From: a virus
Strand: one strand, 5' to 3'
IMG/VR virus record: IMGVR_UViG_3300025828_000014
DNA length: 64,000 nucleotides
Made by a program: the position numbers and the translations under genes. This document shows, in pieces, positions 37,435 to 47,368 of the stretch; the first letter of the stretch is position 1; each line of letters opens with the position of its first letter. The notes under the pieces are model-generated. The model saw only the letters and a list, made by a program, of their open reading frames with translations, did no database searches and was not told where the DNA came from.

Positions 37435-37920
37435 TTATTTCTTAAACTGCGGAGGCATTTTGCCTTTTTTTGCTTTTTTATCTTTGATGGCTTTTTTCAT
37501 TGGTTCTTTTTTATCGCCATCTTTGTCCATATCTAAGAAGTCTGGTTTTGCTTTTTTTTCTTCTAATGCTTGCCATAAACGATCTTTGATTGATTCCATT
37601 GCCATTGGATTATCGCCTTGGCTTGCTGGTGGATACATAGTTTTCTTTTTATGCAAGTCATCACCGCTTGGTAGCACATCGTCAAGATCCATATATTCTT
37701 CTTCTGGCTCGTTGTCATATTCTTCAACTTCTTCTTCTTGTGCTTCAGCATTTTGCACCATTTGTAGTGCTTGAAGTAGTTGTGCCATTTGTTCTGCATC
37801 GTTTAATGCAATGTTAATACTTGGTTGTTGACCCATTTGTCCATCAGCTTCCGGAGGACATTCTGCAACTGATTTTTCAACTGCATCAAAGTTTCTTAAG
37901 ATATCTAACATATTGCTCAT
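37435..37920 (-). CDS. Putative internal head protein
   Basis: 161 aa acidic; VAE/AME/LEE sites; DxDxDG motif (DMDKDGD), Lys-rich tail. Confidence 0.7.
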   Translation of the reverse strand: MSNMLDILRNFDAVEKSVAECPPEADGQMGQQPSINIALNDAEQMAQLLQALQMVQNAEAQEEEVEEYDNEPEEEYMDLDDVLPSGDDLHKKKTMYPPASQGDNPMAMESIKDRLWQALEEKKAKPDFLDMDKDGDKKEPMKKAIKDKKAKKGKMPPQFKK

Positions 37921-37922
37921 AA

Positions 37923-38471
37923 TTAGCTCCCTATTGTGCTTTTGTTATTTTGTGGATCTTCTTTTGTTGTTTCCATTTTAAATCCATCTTGTGCATCTGC
38001 TCTTTCTTTACGTGCAGTTTCTAATTCTTTTAGCAAATCCATAATACGTGATTCGCCTGCTTGGTCCTGTGCAGAAACGCCTTCTAACTCTTCTTTGGTT
38101 AACATAGGCTCATACGGACCATCATCTTTTTTCTCTTGATATTCTTCTCTTGGATCGGTAGGACTTCTTACAATGATATGACTTTGTTCAATACCGCAAC
38201 AGTTTCCAATATATTCTTGAATATAGTCTGGGGTGCTTGGATACTGTAATTCTGCTTCATAGTAATACACTTCGCAGTTTTCCAATTGTGGAAAGTCTAG
38301 TGGACGCTCTTGAATCGGAGTTTTCTTTGGCGCTGACAAACTTTTTACAGCATATTTTTCAAGGCATTTTTTAAGATTTTCTTCACACTTGTCAGGAAGT
38401 TCTCCTGCAATGCCAATTTTAAATGGATACACTTTATGTGTTTCTGTTAGATATTCTGTAAAACTTTTCAT
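37923..38471 (-). CDS. Putative internal head protein with capsid-targeting sequence
   Basis: N-terminus MKSFTEYLTE resembles the T4 CTS (MKTYQEFIAE type). Confidence 0.72.
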   Translation of the reverse strand: MKSFTEYLTETHKVYPFKIGIAGELPDKCEENLKKCLEKYAVKSLSAPKKTPIQERPLDFPQLENCEVYYYEAELQYPSTPDYIQEYIGNCCGIEQSHIIVRSPTDPREEYQEKKDDGPYEPMLTKEELEGVSAQDQAGESRIMDLLKELETARKERADAQDGFKMETTKEDPQNNKSTIGS

Positions 38472-38490
38472 TGTAATTTTCCTATATAAC

Positions 38491-38976
38491 TTATTTATCT
38501 TTATCTAGCCCTTTAAGACGTTCTAACAAGCTATTTCTGTCTGTGACTACATAGCCTTCGCCTTCGGTCATTCCGGTAGGACTAGCAAAATTATCTCTAT
38601 CCATTTTTTCTTTTTTAAGTTGTAGTTCTACCATTTTAAGTTTTTTATCTAATTTTGCAACTTTAGCATCAAGGTTTGTTTTAAGCATAGTGCCTGCAAC
38701 TTCAAATACTCTACCACTGTAACGGCTTTCAACATTCATACCGAGGTCCATTAAATCTTCATATGCTTGCATTGCTTTTTCAGATACTTCGTTGAGTTCT
38801 GCATCTGCTAATTCGCCTAAACCTTTTACCTGCGGTAGTGCAGCTTCAATTTTATCTAAGTCAGCAATATCTCTCACAGTATCTTGATGTGCTGCAGGCA
38901 CAGATTGTGTTTTTTCTTCTTCAATTATTTCTTTAGAATCAGGTAAATTTAACAAATCTTCAAGTTTTTTAGTCAT
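38491..38976 (-). CDS. Probable terminase small subunit-like protein
   Basis: Helical/coiled coil, ends DRNSLLERL; size and position near terL. Confidence 0.5.
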   Translation of the reverse strand: MTKKLEDLLNLPDSKEIIEEEKTQSVPAAHQDTVRDIADLDKIEAALPQVKGLGELADAELNEVSEKAMQAYEDLMDLGMNVESRYSGRVFEVAGTMLKTNLDAKVAKLDKKLKMVELQLKKEKMDRDNFASPTGMTEGEGYVVTDRNSLLERLKGLDKDK

Positions 38977-39017
38977 AATAGTTTCCATTAAATACTACTA
39001 TTATTTAGTATAAAATA

Positions 39018-39452
39018 TTATCCTCTTCTTCCTGTATGAAAGATATCATTTTCAGTAACTACTCTAAAGCGTATTTTATTTTGTTTACAATATGCATTTG
39101 CAGCTGACCATTTTGCTTGATTTAACAAATAATGTGCTCTATTATTTTTGCTTGTAGCTTTTTCTTGAACTGTTTGATTAAACGGTTTGACTTCTATTAA
39201 TTCAACATGCTTTTTACTGTTTGCATCTGTGTATACAATAAAAAAGTCAGGCACATATATAGTTTGTTTTCCAGTAAATGGATTTCGATAAGGTATTTTT
39301 ACTGCTTCACTTGCCCATTTTTCTACACTTGGATGTTCATCGCAAAAACGCATGAATGCAAACTCCCAACTACTACGATAAGTTGGTGTTCTATTTGACA
39401 TATATTTTTCAGGGTTTTTTAGATTATATTTTCCTTGAGCATATTTGGCCAT
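39018..39452 (-). CDS. Head completion nuclease (T4 gp4 / TnsA-N-like)
   Basis: YRSSWE, WASE, YVPDF, IEVKP, KWSAA. Confidence 0.9.
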   Translation of the reverse strand: MAKYAQGKYNLKNPEKYMSNRTPTYRSSWEFAFMRFCDEHPSVEKWASEAVKIPYRNPFTGKQTIYVPDFFIVYTDANSKKHVELIEVKPFNQTVQEKATSKNNRAHYLLNQAKWSAANAYCKQNKIRFRVVTENDIFHTGRRG

Positions 39453-39817
39453 TATACTATGATGTTTCTTGCTGTTAAATTCTCTGCACTGTTATTGATT
39501 TTTTTCACACCAATTTTGCTAATTTTTGATCTATTAGCATTTAGTATAGCTGTAATTAAATCAGTAAGTTTAATTCTGTCAAGTGTTTTAATATCTTCTA
39601 AAAGTTCCATAATATTTACACCATCAACTTTAGCTTGTGTCAACAACACACTTGCAACACTTTGAGCAGCAGTAGTTTCAAATCCACGTGATTGAAAAAA
39701 TCCAACAACAGCATCTACTGAATTACTTGGAAAACTTATTGATTTTTTGTTTTGATTACTGAAAACTTCTCTAGTTTCTACTAAAGAGTCTTGTAGTATT
39801 TGTTGAATTTCTGTCAT
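39452..39817 (-). CDS. Hypothetical virion-module protein
   Basis: 121 aa in late operon. Confidence 0.7.
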   Translation of the reverse strand: MTEIQQILQDSLVETREVFSNQNKKSISFPSNSVDAVVGFFQSRGFETTAAQSVASVLLTQAKVDGVNIMELLEDIKTLDRIKLTDLITAILNANRSKISKIGVKKINNSAENLTARNIIV

Positions 39818-39819
39818 AA

Positions 39820-40905
39820 TTAAAATACCTTAGGTCGTGCGTTTGTAACACCTCTAGAGGATGCTGCACTTGTAAAATTTGCATTGCCAACAGCATCAAC
39901 TAATAAATTTTCTCCCCCAGCAATTACTTCAGACACAAGACTACTAAAACTTAAATTCCTTGCGTTTCTAAAAGTATTAGCACCAGTAATTAGAGCACCT
40001 AAAACATTACCTTGCTGGAGATTGTTAATGGTAGCAGTTGTTCCTGCTAACACACCTCCAGTTCCAAAAAAACTACTTGAGCCGCCGCCGTTTATACTCA
40101 AAGGACTAGGTGAGGTGTCGTATCTTGAATCTCCAAATCCTGCCGGCACTACACCTACATCAGTGAAGTTTCTGTCCATAATGACTGCTTCATAACTGAA
40201 TCTCATTGAGTTTGAACTAAACGCTGTAGATGCTGTATCAGCTTGCTGATGATCCCAACTGTCTACTAGAGGATTAATATATGTAAAACTTGTGTTTGTT
40301 GGTTTGCCATCTTGTGGGTGCAATTGAAAAACTTGTATGCTTGTAAAAAAATTATTAACTTTACCAGGTCTATCCAAACCAAATTTATAGTTTTGAAAAA
40401 CACTTCCTGTTCCATAGCCGGTGTTTCTGCCTGCTTCTCTTAGATATGCAGGATCTCCTATTTCGGGACTAGTTCCATTTGATGTTGTATGAGTAGCATC
40501 ACTGAAATAATAATTAAAATAACTTTGCCATAAAAAATTACTTATACCAGCATTATCATCATGCCATTCCATGCTAACTGGAGAGTATTCAACTCCTGTT
40601 TGCGTGACTTTTTTCCTATTATACTGGTTTAGTGTTGTTGTAGAAATATTATAGGTTGGTAAGTCGATTCTTTTACAAAGTAAATTTATTTCTCTTTTTA
40701 CTGAATTGTTAAATGTTCCAAAATTACTTAGAGTTATTTGTGGATTAATATTTAAAACTACATGAAATAAGTTTTCGTTTTTTGGAGCAAGACGCATGTT
40801 TCCGTCTACAAAAACATTAGATGCGTGAGAATAGTCTCCTAAATTACCTTTAGGACTTAACGCACCTTTAATTAAATTATCAAAAAAACCACTGAATATT
40901 GCCAT
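39820..40905 (-). CDS. Tail tube-like baseplate/tube initiator (gp48/gp54-like)
   Basis: Tube fold pattern (IDLP...NQYNRK...HDD...FSYE); next to the tube gene. Confidence 0.7.
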   Translation of the reverse strand: MAIFSGFFDNLIKGALSPKGNLGDYSHASNVFVDGNMRLAPKNENLFHVVLNINPQITLSNFGTFNNSVKREINLLCKRIDLPTYNISTTTLNQYNRKKVTQTGVEYSPVSMEWHDDNAGISNFLWQSYFNYYFSDATHTTSNGTSPEIGDPAYLREAGRNTGYGTGSVFQNYKFGLDRPGKVNNFFTSIQVFQLHPQDGKPTNTSFTYINPLVDSWDHQQADTASTAFSSNSMRFSYEAVIMDRNFTDVGVVPAGFGDSRYDTSPSPLSINGGGSSSFFGTGGVLAGTTATINNLQQGNVLGALITGANTFRNARNLSFSSLVSEVIAGGENLLVDAVGNANFTSAASSRGVTNARPKVF

Positions 40906-40943
40906 ATTGTATTTATCACTTATTTAAACTGCGTATAAAATAA

Positions 40944-40973
40944 AAAGGAGTATATATTTCTATATACTCCTTT
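40944..40973 (-). terminator. Terminator after tail tube gene
   Basis: AAAGGAGTATATA-gaaa-TATATACTCCTTT plus T-tract. Confidence 0.85.
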
Positions 40974-41001
40974 ATTATAATAGCAATCTGTATTTTAAGT
41001 A

Positions 41002-41625
41002 TCAGCCACCGCCTGTGACGTTTGTGCCTAACGATCTGCCTACTAATGTTCCAACACCTGTGTTTTCAGGAGTTTGAATTGCATTGTCGTATTGAATACT
41101 TAATGTAATATTTACTGGTTCGTTGTTTGCATAAGCAAGTGAGTTATAGTTTGCTTCAGTAATAAAACAACCATAACATTCCCAAGTCTCTAAAACATTC
41201 ACGCCAAGTGCACCATTTCCGCCATCTAATATTTCGATGCGAGTGACGAATTTGTAATCCTGTCCTGAGTTTGCACTTGCTTGTTCCATAAAGTCAAACT
41301 GTTTCTGTAATTGTTCACCAACTAGTTTTTGCACATTGTTGTTTACGTCTTCACGTAGATTTAAACTCAATGGACTCCATGTGTGTTTACCAGCTAGATA
41401 AACTTTACTGTTATAGATTGGTATTTCCATGTTTTCAAATGTTAGCGTAGGACGAGTTATATCCATAACTTGTTTTGTTAACTCTGTAGTTGGAGTTGAT
41501 ACGCCAAAATTTTCAAGTGTAACACGGAAACGATATTGCAGTTTTGGCATTAACAAACCTTGACTGCTTGCGCTGTCATTTGTTGCTAATGGAACTGTTA
41601 ATTTTGATAATGATGAGATTGCCAT
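41002..41625 (-). CDS. Tail tube protein (gp19-like)
   Basis: PKLQYRFRV, AGKHTW, WECYGCF, IQYDNA; follows the sheath gene. Confidence 0.88.
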   Translation of the reverse strand: MAISSLSKLTVPLATNDSASSQGLLMPKLQYRFRVTLENFGVSTPTTELTKQVMDITRPTLTFENMEIPIYNSKVYLAGKHTWSPLSLNLREDVNNNVQKLVGEQLQKQFDFMEQASANSGQDYKFVTRIEILDGGNGALGVNVLETWECYGCFITEANYNSLAYANNEPVNITLSIQYDNAIQTPENTGVGTLVGRSLGTNVTGGG

Positions 41626-41692
41626 TTATTACTCCTATTCACAAGTATTTATCATTTGTAGGGGATTATCAAAAACCCCCTACTTTATGATA

Positions 41693-44600
41693 TTATAGAC
41701 TTGCAATTTCTCCTGTGTTTTTAAGACGTAGTGGAATGTAGATAAATTCTACTGCTTTCACTGGTTCAATAGCAATATCTACATAAAGCTCGTTTCTGTC
41801 AATTCTTGCAGGTGTGTTGTTTGTTTCGTCACACACTACCAAGTAGTCAAAAATTGCTCTAAGTCCTACAAGTTCTACCATCAAACTTTCAACCTGTTGT
41901 TTAATTTCATCACGTGTGATTTTGTCATTTGGTTCAAAGATATATGGTTTTGCAAGTTTCTTAAGTTGGCTGCGTAGATATACTGTTAGACGTGCAACAT
42001 TGATTCTGTCTAATGCACTTGCATTAGCAGCTCTTGTTTTCTGTCCAAATACAACTAACCCAGCACCATTAATAAATGTAATTGGGTTTACTGCATTACT
42101 GTATAGTGTATCTCTTTGTCCTTCATTAAGTGCTACACTTACAAATTCGCCTTCGCTATTAACATAACCACTTGCTGTTGCGTTAGTAACACTACCACGT
42201 CTTGTGCCTGCTGGTGCAAACCATGGATACGCAACTTGGTCGTTAAGTGCAATAGTTCTTAGTGCCATGTGTGATGGTGGAACTACAACGTTGTTTCCTG
42301 CATTGTCACTTGTAAATCCACTTGGATAGTATACACCCAAATATTCATTTCTTGTAACAAGTCCGTTGTCATTGTCTTCTACTGCAAGGTTAACATTAGA
42401 ACTCCAGTTTTGTAAATCGGTTGTTGAAGATGCAAGTCTAAATGGTGAGTCACCAACAACAAATGCTGTTAAGCCTCTGTCAGTGTTAAGTGAGTTCATT
42501 TCACCAATTAGTTCTGGATATCCTGGTGCAGCAATCAAGTTAAAGTTTCTTGATTCATCATCGCGGATGTCTTCGTTGCTGTTTACACTTGCTTGTAATG
42601 CTTGCACTACAACTTTACGCTGTGCATTGCGTCCAAAGCTACCTGAACCGTCTGCATTATTTGCACTTTCTGTAACCCAACGATTTGCATGATAACCGCT
42701 CATTGAGGCATCACTTTGTCTTGGGTTTGTGCCGTTTACATCAATGTAATCACGCTCATAACGTTTTACATTGAATCCACTTCTACGTGTGTTCCAAAGT
42801 AGCATGCCTTTTGGATATAATGCTGGATCTGGAGCATCTGGATCTAAGAAGTTGTTGTCAATCAAATCTGCAATAGCACCTGCTTCGTTGCTGTTAGCAC
42901 CTGTAGTGTTGTAACGTGCATCAGCAAAAAGCACACCTGCTTCTGTTGTTTGATCAGTTTTGTCAACTAATACCCATTTACTTGTATCACCGTTATACTT
43001 GTAAATTGTAGGATAGTTTTCAAGATCTGCTGTGCTAATCCACAAGTCTCCGTTCTGTAATGCAGTTGTTCCGTCACTTTGTGTTGTTGGTTCGCTTGCA
43101 CTTACAATTGGACCGTTATCGTCAATTGCACTTGATGCTCCTGTGTTTCCGTCGCCGGCATGATCAAAGTTTCTATAACCTACCCAAGTAGTTCCGTTAT
43201 GAATCATCATATCTACTTCATCAATTACGCTGCTATACCAAAGTTGTCCTGTAGCTGGTGTTGCTGTAGGAGCAGTTGCTTTGGCTGTGTATGTAAGCAC
43301 ATTCCAATTACTTGCATTGAATTGTCTTGGTGATGTATTAGTATCTGTGCCTGGTGTAAAATAGAAATTGTTGGTTGAATTTGGATTTGTTGAATCATAC
43401 ACTGTAAACATAGTGTTTAATGGTGTGTTTGTTCCGTCAACAAATCTAATTTCGCCGCCATTTGCATGTGAAACAATAACTTGGTTTTTGCTATTTACAC
43501 TTGCACTTACATTAGCAACTCCTGCGCCGTTGATTGCTCCTGCAATTTCGTCAGCGTCTGTTGTTGCGCCAGTAAATGTCATGCTAACAGTAGTAAGTGA
43601 ACTTAGACTTGCACTTCCTGTTGAAGTTGCTTGCATTTGGAAGTTTGCAGCGCCTGCTGGGAATGTAGATGATGTGATTGCAGCACTTGTGATGCTTGTT
43701 GCACCTGATGCTGCTCTTACCATAATTTGGAAAGTTGCTTTGCCTCCTAACACATCTTCTGCAACGTTTGATCTTACATATACGCTACCTGCTGCAATTC
43801 CTGAGCCGCCGTTGCTTGAATCTAAAGCTGCAATAGCAGCATGGCTTGTTGCATACATTGGAGCACTTACTGTAGTCCATGCGTCTGCTGAAGCACTATA
43901 CTGTTTTACACTCCATTTTGCACCCAAATTTGGATCGGTTGATTTAAGCCATACGCTACCTGTTGGTGCTGGACTTGAATCACGTGTTTTCCATTCTGGA
44001 ACACTTGTATGTGGTGCATTTGCAAAACTTGTATATCTGTAAGTGCCTACAGCAATACCGCAATCAGTTAATACGTCACTTGTGGTTGACATTACAATTG
44101 TATCTACTGCTGTTGTACGCCCATCATAAAACAAATTCAATTTGTTTCCTGTTGAACTTGCACTAATACCTACTCCTGCACCGGCTGTGTTAATATCTGA
44201 AACAATTTGTGTCACAGTTGTGCCAGTTGTTGTTACTGCTGTTGCAACACCGTTAATTGTAAATGTAATTGTGCCTGTGCTAGAAGCACTTGCTCCTGCT
44301 GTTCCGCTTGCAAATGGCCAGCTTGCTCTCCAAGCATCAGAACCTACCTCTACCCAAGCACCTGAGCTATTTTTATACCATAGACGGTTTACATTGGATA
44401 CTGCAACAACAGCGTAGTCTCCAATTGCACCTACGCTTGTTTTTGGAGTGTAAGGAGCACTGCCGCTTGTTTGTGACGAATCTGTAATAATTGTTGGAAC
44501 TTTATTTGAGAAAGTTTGTCCGTTTGTTGTGGTCGCTGCTGCGCCGTTCCATTCAAACACGCCATATCTTGTATCATCTGTATCATACCACCATGCACCA

Positions 44601-44995
44601 TCTGCTGGTTTGCCTGCTGCCTCGGTCGCACTTCCTGAGATTTCATTTAAATCTAAATCTGCTCTAACTACATACGCTCTGTTTGCTACTCCTAAGAATG
44701 AGTATGCTGCCTGTAGTCCGTATTCGTTTTGTTCTCCGGCATGCACTGGGTTGTTACTTGCATCAGTTATGAAAACTGGATCCCCAAATGTTTCTGATAG
44801 TTCACGTTGTGAACTCATCAAGTAAACTTTACCTGCATTTGCTTTTGTTGTGCCCGGGGCTACACCTGTGCCTCCTGGGTTTGTCTTATCTTGTGCAGTT
44901 GCTACAAAGATAAGAGGTGTTGTGCCTGGTTCTGCTGGAGTGTAAAAACTCTCGTCTATAACGCTAACCTGAACACCTGGTGATGTTAATGCCAT
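41693..44995 (-). CDS. Tail sheath protein (gp18-like) with large insertion domains
   Basis: SPGVQVSVIDES, FGDP, WFAPAG, NPI, RINVARL, FEPND, EFIYIP. Confidence 0.95.
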   Translation of the reverse strand: MALTSPGVQVSVIDESFYTPAEPGTTPLIFVATAQDKTNPGGTGVAPGTTKANAGKVYLMSSQRELSETFGDPVFITDASNNPVHAGEQNEYGLQAAYSFLGVANRAYVVRADLDLNEISGSATEAAGKPADGAWWYDTDDTRYGVFEWNGAAATTTNGQTFSNKVPTIITDSSQTSGSAPYTPKTSVGAIGDYAVVAVSNVNRLWYKNSSGAWVEVGSDAWRASWPFASGTAGASASSTGTITFTINGVATAVTTTGTTVTQIVSDINTAGAGVGISASSTGNKLNLFYDGRTTAVDTIVMSTTSDVLTDCGIAVGTYRYTSFANAPHTSVPEWKTRDSSPAPTGSVWLKSTDPNLGAKWSVKQYSASADAWTTVSAPMYATSHAAIAALDSSNGGSGIAAGSVYVRSNVAEDVLGGKATFQIMVRAASGATSITSAAITSSTFPAGAANFQMQATSTGSASLSSLTTVSMTFTGATTDADEIAGAINGAGVANVSASVNSKNQVIVSHANGGEIRFVDGTNTPLNTMFTVYDSTNPNSTNNFYFTPGTDTNTSPRQFNASNWNVLTYTAKATAPTATPATGQLWYSSVIDEVDMMIHNGTTWVGYRNFDHAGDGNTGASSAIDDNGPIVSASEPTTQSDGTTALQNGDLWISTADLENYPTIYKYNGDTSKWVLVDKTDQTTEAGVLFADARYNTTGANSNEAGAIADLIDNNFLDPDAPDPALYPKGMLLWNTRRSGFNVKRYERDYIDVNGTNPRQSDASMSGYHANRWVTESANNADGSGSFGRNAQRKVVVQALQASVNSNEDIRDDESRNFNLIAAPGYPELIGEMNSLNTDRGLTAFVVGDSPFRLASSTTDLQNWSSNVNLAVEDNDNGLVTRNEYLGVYYPSGFTSDNAGNNVVVPPSHMALRTIALNDQVAYPWFAPAGTRRGSVTNATASGYVNSEGEFVSVALNEGQRDTLYSNAVNPITFINGAGLVVFGQKTRAANASALDRINVARLTVYLRSQLKKLAKPYIFEPNDKITRDEIKQQVESLMVELVGLRAIFDYLVVCDETNNTPARIDRNELYVDIAIEPVKAVEFIYIPLRLKNTGEIASL

Positions 44996-45090
44996 TTTAA
45001 TTTCTCCTCGTGGATATGTTGTTGCTATTAATATTTATCAGTATGCGGTGAAAATACCGCGATTTTAGCGGTTATATGCGTAGTTTATGC

Positions 45091-45119
45091 TTGACAATTG
45101 TAAAAAACTCTGTTATATT
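45091..45119 (+). promoter_or_regulatory. sigma70-type promoter
   Basis: TTGACA-17-TATATT. Confidence 0.85.
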
Positions 45120-45143
45120 AAATGATACTAAGAGGAGCATTAT

Positions 45144-45419
45144 ATGAACATTGATTATAAGTTTGACGAAAACAAATACATTGAAGAATTTTCAAAATAT
45201 ATTGATAAAACATACGATGGGCATTACAGCAGTAATAAATTTCAGTCAACAGAAGTAATCATTGATAGAGGTCACGGAACTGGCTTTTGTATGGGGAATG
45301 TTGACAAATATGCAAACCGTTATGGAAAAAAAGGAACCCGTGATGATGCTCGTAAAGATTTGTTAAAAATTTTACATTACGCACTAATACAACTTTATGT
45401 GCATGATAATGATCTTTAA
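45144..45419 (+). CDS. DUF3310-like protein
   Basis: HY...GFCMGNVDKYANRYGKKG...DLLKILHY; AGGAG SD. Confidence 0.75.
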   Translation: MNIDYKFDENKYIEEFSKYIDKTYDGHYSSNKFQSTEVIIDRGHGTGFCMGNVDKYANRYGKKGTRDDARKDLLKILHYALIQLYVHDNDL

Positions 45420-46174
45420 CCTATAAGAAATCCGTAGCCTGTTCCACCAGCTAATGCTAGTGCAGCTTCAGCTTCTAGTTTTTCCATTTCACTTTGTGCT
45501 TCTGCTTTAAGACTCGCTCCATTAAGGCTAGTGCCGCCTTGAGGACCTGCGATAGTCGCAAACTTTTCACGTGCCTCTCCTAGCATATATTTACAACCAG
45601 CAAGTGTATAATCTTTGATCCATTGTTTGGCTCTATAATCGGTTAGCAATTGACTATCTGGTCTATAATTATAGCACCATAGTAACACTTCTTCGTTTGC
45701 TCTAGGACGTTGTAAAATTGTTAACAACTTTGTTGAGCTATTCCATGTAAATTCAATAAAACTACCAAACATACGTCCAACTAATTCTTGACGTTGAGCA
45801 AACAATTCATACGAAGCTAGTCCTCCTACTCCGCTGGCTGCTAACAAATAAGTGTTAGTGTAAGCTAAATTGAATGGCTCAAATAAGGAACCTCCGTCAC
45901 CACCGCCAGTGCGTGAGCCTACACTACGTCTATATATTTGTCTAACTTCTTCAACTTCGTGTGGCAATGTATAGTTGTTTTTATCTTCTTCTAATTTTAG
46001 AGAAATATAACTTTCTTCTACGCTGTGTTCTGTGCGTTGTCTATATTTTGAAAGTGCCTTAATCAAAGCACTTTCGTAATGTATAGGATCAAGTTCCACA
46101 TCGACCATGCCTCCGCCTAAGAACGCATTTACATAATCAAATATTTCTTGTTTTTGTGTTACTAAATCGGCCAT
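45416..46174 (-). CDS. Neck protein (T4 gp13-like)
   Basis: LGGGMVDVEL, WIKDYTLA, KF...GPQGG.SLNG. Confidence 0.85.
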   Translation of the reverse strand: MADLVTQKQEIFDYVNAFLGGGMVDVELDPIHYESALIKALSKYRQRTEHSVEESYISLKLEEDKNNYTLPHEVEEVRQIYRRSVGSRTGGGDGGSLFEPFNLAYTNTYLLAASGVGGLASYELFAQRQELVGRMFGSFIEFTWNSSTKLLTILQRPRANEEVLLWCYNYRPDSQLLTDYRAKQWIKDYTLAGCKYMLGEAREKFATIAGPQGGTSLNGASLKAEAQSEMEKLEAEAALALAGGTGYGFLIG

Positions 46175-46190
46175 TGATCTTCTCCAATAG

Positions 46191-46205
46191 TATTTATGCT
46201 AAATA
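46191..46205. promoter_or_regulatory. Back-to-back late promoters (TAAATA on both strands)
   Basis: TATTTA-tgc-TAAATA between the divergent neck genes; the same box precedes many late genes. Confidence 0.75.
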
Positions 46206-46210
46206 TACAT

Positions 46211-47368
46211 ATGCCACGTTTATCATTATATAGACCAAATAAAACAAATGACTACGAATTCTTAGATAAAATTATCTATGAACAGTTTAGTATTGGCGGC
46301 ACTGATATTAATATTCACAAATATTTAGGGTCAGTCAATCCAAGCGATGTAGATGCAACTGCAACAACACCACAATACGATGCTGTAAAAGAAACAAATA
46401 TACAGGATTTGCTATTTTTAGAAAATCGTGATAGAAAATATGACACTGATGTTTATACTATGCGAGCAATTTATAATGTTGCAGACACTGATTTTAATTT
46501 AAGTCAATTTGGACTATTTTTACAAAATGATACATTGTTTATGACAATACATATTAATAGCAGCGTGAAGACTCTTGGTAGAAAAATTTTAAGTGGTGAT
46601 GTTATAGAATTTCCTCATTTAAAGGATGAATATGCACTTAATGATTATAGTGTTGCTTTAAAAAGATATTATGTAGTAGAAGATGTAAATCGTGCAGCAG
46701 AAGGTTTTTCACAAACTTGGTATCCTCATTTATATAGAGTAAAATTAAAACAAATTTATGACGGACAAGAATTTAGCGAAATTCTTGATTTGCCTGCAGG
46801 TGACGAAGAAGGAAACACATTACGTGATGTGTTAAGCACGTTTGAAACGGAAATGAATATCAATAATGCTATTGTTCAACAAGCAGATGCAGATTCAGCA
46901 AAAAGTGGATATGATACAAGTAATTTATATACATTACAAGTAGACAACACTGGAGTTCCTGAGCTTGTTACAGCAGATATTAATACGCTTGATGTATCTC
47001 AAAAAAATATACTAGCTGATAGAATAAATCAAACACCTGCTCGAGAAGGATATAAAGGTTATCTCATAGGAGATAATATTGCTCCTAATGGTGAAGCATT
47101 TGGTAGTGGTATAACTTTTCCGACATCTAGTTTTTCAGGAGACTATTTTTTAAGAACAGATATGTTTCCAAACAGACTATTTAGATATGACGGAAGTAGA
47201 TGGGTGAAAATGGAAGACGGCGTCAGAATGACATTAAGTAACACAGACGATCGTAGAACACAAAAGACCTCTTTTGTAAACAATACAACTACATCGACAA
47301 TAGGTGGTGAAAGTGTTACAGAAAGACAAAGTATAAGTAAAGCGTTAAAGCCAAAGGCAGATAACTAA
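46211..47368 (+). CDS. Neck/head closure protein (T4 gp14-like)
   Basis: LSQFGLF, GDVIEFPH; start MPRLSLY 5 nt after the late box. Confidence 0.7.
   Translation: MPRLSLYRPNKTNDYEFLDKIIYEQFSIGGTDINIHKYLGSVNPSDVDATATTPQYDAVKETNIQDLLFLENRDRKYDTDVYTMRAIYNVADTDFNLSQFGLFLQNDTLFMTIHINSSVKTLGRKILSGDVIEFPHLKDEYALNDYSVALKRYYVVEDVNRAAEGFSQTWYPHLYRVKLKQIYDGQEFSEILDLPAGDEEGNTLRDVLSTFETEMNINNAIVQQADADSAKSGYDTSNLYTLQVDNTGVPELVTADINTLDVSQKNILADRINQTPAREGYKGYLIGDNIAPNGEAFGSGITFPTSSFSGDYFLRTDMFPNRLFRYDGSRWVKMEDGVRMTLSNTDDRRTQKTSFVNNTTTSTIGGESVTERQSISKALKPKADN

Noticed and set aside
41916-44825. Antisense ORFs within the tail sheath gene
   Set aside because: Same shadow effect; the sheath motifs on the - strand are unambiguous
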